In this document: positions 59,236 to 64,000 of the stretch, in pieces
Position numbering within the stretch: position 1 is the first letter of the stretch
Layout: each line of letters starts with the position of its first letter
Virus record (IMG/VR): IMGVR_UViG_3300049846_001393
Location: 1-64,000 of that record
Direction: 5' to 3' (one strand)
DNA: 64,000 nucleotides
Origin: a virus
The notes under the pieces: model-generated
The model's database searches: none
Told to the model about the DNA's origin: nothing
Seen by the model: the letters and a program-made list of their open reading frames with translations, nothing else
Translations under genes and position numbers: made by a program

Positions 59236-59264
59236 ACAATACACCATGGGCGGCGGCGTGTCAA
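59236..59264 (-). promoter_or_regulatory. sigma70/SigA-type promoter
   Basis: TTGACA-17 nt-TATTGT on the minus strand. Confidence 0.75.
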
Positions 59265-59294
59265 GCAGCGCTCGGACCTCAAATGAGCATTTGG

Positions 59295-59546
59295 CTAGAC
59301 TTCGCCCTCATCAGCGAGTTCACTACCACCATCATATGATGAATCTAAACTAGATGGAAGCGTTGAAGCAGAACCCTTAACACCAACCTGCGTTGCGGCA
59401 ATAGACTTCAAAGCAGCAAGACCAATTGCTACAACTGGAATCCATACCTTAGGTAGATCAAACATATCTACAGTAACAACAGCAAGCCCAGCCTGAATAG
59501 CTGTCCAGAAGGTTCTTTCAATAATATCTGCAGTAGTCTTATTCAT
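59295..59546 (-). CDS. holin (r1t-like)
   Basis: IERTFWTAIQAGLAVV, two hydrophobic helices, LAALKSI. Confidence 0.75.
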   Translation of the reverse strand: MNKTTADIIERTFWTAIQAGLAVVTVDMFDLPKVWIPVVAIGLAALKSIAATQVGVKGSASTLPSSLDSSYDGGSELADEGEV

Positions 59547-59824
59547 TTTTTCTCCTGATTTTTGTGAGATATATAAGATGCTCTAAATTTATCAAACTCA
59601 TCTCCCCAAGGTATCTTATCTGGATCATACCTCAGAAGAAACTGATGCTTATACTTTGAAACCAAACCAATATCTTGAAATTCTCTCATAACTATTGAAA
59701 GCCTCTGATAGGAGATTCCAAATCTTTTAGCAACTTCTCCCTGCGGGATAGCTACGATATTTTTTTGATCTCTATTTTCCCAAAGAAACCTATATAGGGC
59801 TTCTCTGCTGTGCATAGATTTCAT
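59543..59824 (-). CDS. winged-helix DNA-binding protein
   Basis: PQGEVAKRFGISYQRLSIVMREFQDIGLV. Confidence 0.65.
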   Translation of the reverse strand: MKSMHSREALYRFLWENRDQKNIVAIPQGEVAKRFGISYQRLSIVMREFQDIGLVSKYKHQFLLRYDPDKIPWGDEFDKFRASYISHKNQEKK

Positions 59825-61851
59825 CCCAAATCAATCTCACAGACGTCAGTGGTGCAGAACTTCTCGCCAGCACCCTCATTGGCCTTGGTGTAGAGAGCCT
59901 CAAGATCAAGTGGCTTAATCTTCTTCATCATCTTGATTGCCTCTTCCTCAGAGATTGGCTCATATGGAGCCTGAGCATAAGTAGTACCCTCATCACTGAT
60001 TGGAAGGAAAGAAAGGCTCTTGACCTGACCCTGAAGTGAACGAAGTAGAGGAGAAATTTCCTTCTGCTCATCAGGCTTAAATGAAACAGTTACAGAAACC
60101 ATATTATCTGCCCAGTAACGCTGAGCCATTGCAGCAAGAGAAGCCTTCTCCCAAATAGAAACCTCAAGTTCTGATCGAACCTCAAGACCCTTAGTTGGGA
60201 ATGAAGCAACAGCAGTAGTCTTGGAATCCATCACATCGTCCTCAATATGATAGCCAGCCTTCTTAAGAATTGGAAGAAGTGGATCTGTCTTGTGGAAACG
60301 GATACGACGAATGTAATAACCAGAAGTTGTAGGCCAATGAACGCCGGAAGTGGTACCAGCAATAATAGATGTTGTACCTGCAGGCTTAACGGTTGTCAGC
60401 TTAACAGAGTTTCTTACACCAAGCCACTCACTGTATTTAGTATCAACGTTCTCAAGATACTGATAACCTTCATCCATCCAATACTGCATGTCTGACCATG
60501 AGCGATTCTCAATGAAGTCAACGATGCCGGTCATCGAAATACCGATACGACGGTTTCGGGTGATAACCTCATTTGTCTCAGCCCAAGTTGAAGGCATAAG
60601 AGTTACAGCCTTAGCATACATATATGCATGCTTGACAGACTTCTTAAAGTCAGCAAATGTCTCATGCTTAGAAGGATAAAGTTCAACAAGGCAGCAGAAC
60701 TCGCTTGACTCAAGAGAAATCTCTGCACATGGATTACAACCAGAAACACGATAGTCGCGATTATTCTCTGGATCTGCCATCCTACCAAAACGACGCATCA
60801 TATCTAGCCAGATAACACCGGGCTCACCATTGATGGCAATCTTGTCAACGAGATGATCAAGACTATCGCCAGAGTTAATAAGAACAGAATTATTTGAGGT
60901 CCAAGCCCAACCATCAGGACCAGTACGCTCTGCGTTCTCTGGAAGATTCCAGTTCTTTAGATTTACGTAGTCATCATCTTCAGCTTCACCAAGAGCAATT
61001 AGTGCAGAGCGTCGTGCGCCACCAGCAACTACAGCCTTACCAAGTTTATTCATAATATCTACGATATCTCTGCTAGTAATCTTTTCACCGTGACGACCAG
61101 CAAACTGCTTATTAATCGATTCATGAACATCCATCAATGGGCCTGGGCCAGAAGCAGTGCCACCAAATGACTTAAGTGGAGCACCTGCTGGGCGCACCTC
61201 TGAGTAATCAAACTCAATTGGCTGACGATTCTTAAAGAAGAAAGACTCAAGTTGGGCAGCGATTGACTCGCTCCAACCCTCACGAGTGTCAGGGACAACG
61301 AACTTAACTGGATCGCCAGTTGGCTCCCAGATTGTTAGTTTGCCAGCACCATTTGTATCGAAACCAACACCAACACCATTCATGGACATTTCCATAAGGC
61401 GTGAGAATGGCATTGTTGCCTCATAGGCTGAATGGGTGCTGAGCTTCTCAGTTGAGATGAATGCACAGTTATTTAGACTTGAGTTTGACTGATTTAGGTG
61501 GACGTACTCTGTACCCATTGCCCACATGCCACGACCGGGTGGTGTCCACTTGAAGTGAAACATGCGATCAAATGCATCTTGTGCAGCCTTTTGAGCCTTG
61601 AACTCATTCCATGGGGTACGCTGGTGGGCACAGTGATCTTTCAGAATTGAATACATGCCTTCAATACAACGACGGCAAACCTCGTACCACTTCTCCTTAG
61701 TACCATCAGCCTTCTTACGGCTATACTTGGTTAGGAAAGTTAGCTCGCTTAGAGAGTTTCCACCACCAATGTCAAATCCCCAATCGACTTCTTTATTCTC
61801 GTACTCCTCAATAAATGAGTCTGAAAGATGGAAGGAAAGAAAGTCTGACAT
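59821..61851 (-). CDS. nrdJ: class II (adenosylcobalamin-dependent) ribonucleotide reductase
   Basis: PPGRGMW, LNNCAF, GVGVGF, VVAGGARRSA, NGEPG, NPCAEI, TTVKPAGTTS, C-terminal FCTTDVC. Confidence 0.93.
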   Translation of the reverse strand: MSDFLSFHLSDSFIEEYENKEVDWGFDIGGGNSLSELTFLTKYSRKKADGTKEKWYEVCRRCIEGMYSILKDHCAHQRTPWNEFKAQKAAQDAFDRMFHFKWTPPGRGMWAMGTEYVHLNQSNSSLNNCAFISTEKLSTHSAYEATMPFSRLMEMSMNGVGVGFDTNGAGKLTIWEPTGDPVKFVVPDTREGWSESIAAQLESFFFKNRQPIEFDYSEVRPAGAPLKSFGGTASGPGPLMDVHESINKQFAGRHGEKITSRDIVDIMNKLGKAVVAGGARRSALIALGEAEDDDYVNLKNWNLPENAERTGPDGWAWTSNNSVLINSGDSLDHLVDKIAINGEPGVIWLDMMRRFGRMADPENNRDYRVSGCNPCAEISLESSEFCCLVELYPSKHETFADFKKSVKHAYMYAKAVTLMPSTWAETNEVITRNRRIGISMTGIVDFIENRSWSDMQYWMDEGYQYLENVDTKYSEWLGVRNSVKLTTVKPAGTTSIIAGTTSGVHWPTTSGYYIRRIRFHKTDPLLPILKKAGYHIEDDVMDSKTTAVASFPTKGLEVRSELEVSIWEKASLAAMAQRYWADNMVSVTVSFKPDEQKEISPLLRSLQGQVKSLSFLPISDEGTTYAQAPYEPISEEEAIKMMKKIKPLDLEALYTKANEGAGEKFCTTDVCEIDLG

Positions 61852-61902
61852 TGGGGCCTCCTAGAAGATTTACAGATTATTTACGACAAATGTTGTAGAA
61901 AT

Positions 61903-61938
61903 AAAAGAGAGGTGTGGAAAGCGGGTGACCTCTCTTTT
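61903..61938. terminator. hairpin terminator after the sigma gene
   Basis: AAAAGAGAGGT...ACCTCTCTTTT inverted repeat. Confidence 0.7.
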
Positions 61939-61961
61939 GGGACAATAATAACTGAGGCAAA

Positions 61962-62711
61962 TCAGTCAGGAACACAAGATTTCCAAATGAAATCTAGAGC
62001 CCCCGTGTGGATCTGACAAACCCTTGACTCAGTTACCTCAAGCATCTCACCAATCTCTTTAAGAGAAAGACCCTCAATATAATGCAAGAAGAACACAGTC
62101 TTTTGCTGACTGCTAAGATCCTTAAACGAATCAAAAATCTTTTCTCTCAAAACTAAAAGATCTTCTTCATCTAAAACCTGATAGTTATTTGACTCATCAG
62201 GAATAATATCTGAAAGTTTAAAAGAATCTCCATCAGAATTAATAACTTCATCAATATTAAAAACTGAAGCGGTACTACCAGCACCCTTAATTCTTGATAT
62301 ATCTTTTATATTCCAACCTAGTGCTTCAGCAACTTCTTCATCACTTGGCTCTCGTCCCAGATCATTGGACAATTTCTCTGAAACAAAATCAATCTCACGA
62401 TTCTTAGACCTTAAAGAACGTGGAGCCCAATCAAACTGACGAAGCCTATCAAGAATTTCTCCACGAATTCTAAAACTGGCATAGGTTTCAAACTTATAAC
62501 CATACGATGAATCATATTTTGTAATAGCATCCATCAGTCCAATAAAACCATCTGAAACAAGATCATCATAGTCTACGTGATTAGGTAGACCTCTGGCGAT
62601 GGAAGCAGCAGTGCTCTTAACAAGATATTCATAGGCAATAACTAAATCTTGAAAAGTAGAACCATCAATTAAATATTGATTCCATAATTTTTCTGTATCC
62701 ATAAAAAGCAT
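61962..62711 (-). CDS. FliA/WhiG-family (sigma28) RNA polymerase sigma factor
   Basis: DDLVSDGFIGLMDAI, FETYASFRIRGEILDRLR..DWAPRSLR, LSLKEIGEMLEVTESRVCQIH. Confidence 0.93.
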   Translation of the reverse strand: MLFMDTEKLWNQYLIDGSTFQDLVIAYEYLVKSTAASIARGLPNHVDYDDLVSDGFIGLMDAITKYDSSYGYKFETYASFRIRGEILDRLRQFDWAPRSLRSKNREIDFVSEKLSNDLGREPSDEEVAEALGWNIKDISRIKGAGSTASVFNIDEVINSDGDSFKLSDIIPDESNNYQVLDEEDLLVLREKIFDSFKDLSSQQKTVFFLHYIEGLSLKEIGEMLEVTESRVCQIHTGALDFIWKSCVPD

Positions 62712-62759
62712 CTTAATGGTAAAAATACTTATTTAAACACAAAAACAAAAGAACTCATT

Positions 62760-63060
62760 TCTCAGTTAAGGCAGACTTCACCCCACCCCACAGGGAAAAA
62801 CAGCAAAACTGTAACGGTCGGTGTCTTCACCTAAATGATATCTCAATCACTGGATCAGATTACTACTCAGCAAGTTGCTTAGATGAAACTGCCCAGACGT
62901 TCCTTTACCAGTTTCCCTGCTTTTCGCTTGGGACGGCACTGATGACGGATTGCCCACCGGAAGAGTCAAGGCCACCTTCAGTCCTGCGGCGCTGTATGGG
63001 GCGCATCCCACAATCTTCATTCAGTTTTCTAAGCAAGCCGAGTGTAGGTCACGCTCAGCG
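62760..63060 (-). ncRNA. large structured non-coding RNA, ROOL-like (tentative)
   Basis: GC-elevated intergenic block with many nested stems and a long-range closing stem; the order of motifs recalls the ROOL 5' core from memory, not verified. Confidence 0.55.
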
Positions 63061-63302
63061 ATTGTAATAACGCGAGCACAGAAACCAGGCTCTTCGAGGA
63101 GAATTTGTCTTAATGTAGATAAGGAACAGAGCTCTCGAGTCGTCCGGGTGCGACCGTCCAGTTATCTAGATAATATCATATTCCCTGACATCTTCCTGGG
63201 AATCACACGAGCATTGTTTTCATTTGCGACCGATCCGGTCCATTATGTTAACAAAACTGTCGTTATAGATACTGTAGCGACAGTCGCCTGAAAGGTTTCC
63301 CA

Positions 63303-64000
63303 ATGGCACAAAAGCCCAAGGGGGTTGCCGACCACCCAGCAAAAGATCTGATGGAACAGATCTGGAAGTCTGGTGGTCGTGCCAAAGATATCGTTGCTTT
63401 CTTGGAGGAGAACTCCCTACCTCTTGTAAAAGAAGCAACTATTGCTCGTTATGGTCAGAGATTCTGGAATGAGCAGATCAAGATCACTACAGAGTCTGAA
63501 TCTCCTGAAGATATTGCTACCACTATAAAAAAGATTGAAGATAGTGGTGTAGCTCGTGTAGTAAAGCTTTCTCATTCAAAAAAGAAGTATCCTGGATGGG
63601 AAAAAATTAATGGTGAAAATATTCAGGTAGAAAAAGAGTCTAACTCTTGGAATATTGATCTTGTTCCATCTCTACCTGCTCCAGATAAAGCATCTATTGG
63701 ATCTTTTAAGATTAATGTTAAGGGTGTTAAGAAGCAGTCGAAGCCACATGGCTGGAATGTTGGGCTTGTTGTGCCTGACCCACAGATCGGATATTTCCGT
63801 GATGTGGATGGAAATTTGACGACAACCCACGACGAGGCAGCCCTGAACGTGGTTCATCAAATTGGTGTATATCTTAATAACACCTATGGTCTTGACCTTA
63901 CGGTTATCCTCGGGGACAACCACGACTTCAGTGCTTTCTCTACACATAGAAGCGCACCTGGCTATACGACCAATACCCAGTTAGAGATTGATCGCTTTGG
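63303..64000 (+). CDS. calcineurin-like metallophosphoesterase (truncated by window end; absent from the ORF track)
   Basis: Open frame from ATG 63303 (GAAAGG SD): MAQKPKG...LVVPDPQIG...THDEAAL...VILGDNHDF. Confidence 0.8.
   Translation, partial: MAQKPKGVADHPAKDLMEQIWKSGGRAKDIVAFLEENSLPLVKEATIARYGQRFWNEQIKITTESESPEDIATTIKKIEDSGVARVVKLSHSKKKYPGWEKINGENIQVEKESNSWNIDLVPSLPAPDKASIGSFKINVKGVKKQSKPHGWNVGLVVPDPQIGYFRDVDGNLTTTHDEAALNVVHQIGVYLNNTYGLDLTVILGDNHDFSAFSTHRSAPGYTTNTQLEIDRF

Noticed and set aside
61855-61960. Possible cobalamin riboswitch upstream of nrdJ
   Set aside because: Only ~110 nt, no B12 box; it contains a simple terminator hairpin.
62950-63291. 113-aa plus-strand ORF
   Set aside because: TTG start without SD, no recognisable motif, and it overlaps the structured RNA candidate.
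1-64000. tRNA genes, integrase, tail sheath, reverse transcriptase
   Set aside because: None recognisable in this window by eye.

Overview
The window is 64 kb of a large, AT-rich tailed-phage genome, most likely a siphovirus because no sheath gene is visible. The host is probably actinobacterial, judged from WhiB, an LAETG sortase signal, a leaderless promoter and Acidimicrobiia-type GYW repeats. Almost all genes are on the minus strand. In transcription order (right to left) they are: FliA/WhiG-type sigma factor, class II ribonucleotide reductase, holin, RuvC-like resolvase, an 11-gene glycan cluster (seven glycosyltransferases including a GT11, three methyltransferase-fold proteins and a GDP-mannose 3,5-epimerase-like SDR), terminase, portal, protease, scaffold, decoration protein, capsid, neck proteins, a collagen-like fibre, tail tube, a frameshifted tail chaperone, a 2829-aa tape measure protein, tail tip proteins, a GT4, and a replication/recombination module (exonuclease, Sak4-like ATPase, SSB-like protein, primase-helicase, WhiB, HNH, dATP/dGTP diphosphohydrolase, DnaE, RecA). 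The most notable observations are: (1) a ~300-nt highly structured non-coding element upstream of the sigma gene that resembles a compact ROOL-like RNA; (2) the glycan cluster together with Thr-rich G-X-T collagen and other Thr-rich acceptor candidates, suggesting a glycosylated virion coat; (3) a zincin peptidase inside the tape measure protein; (4) a tail hub carrying GYW repeats and a bulb-type lectin; (5) a phage-encoded sortase substrate. All calls come from motif recognition by eye, with no database search.
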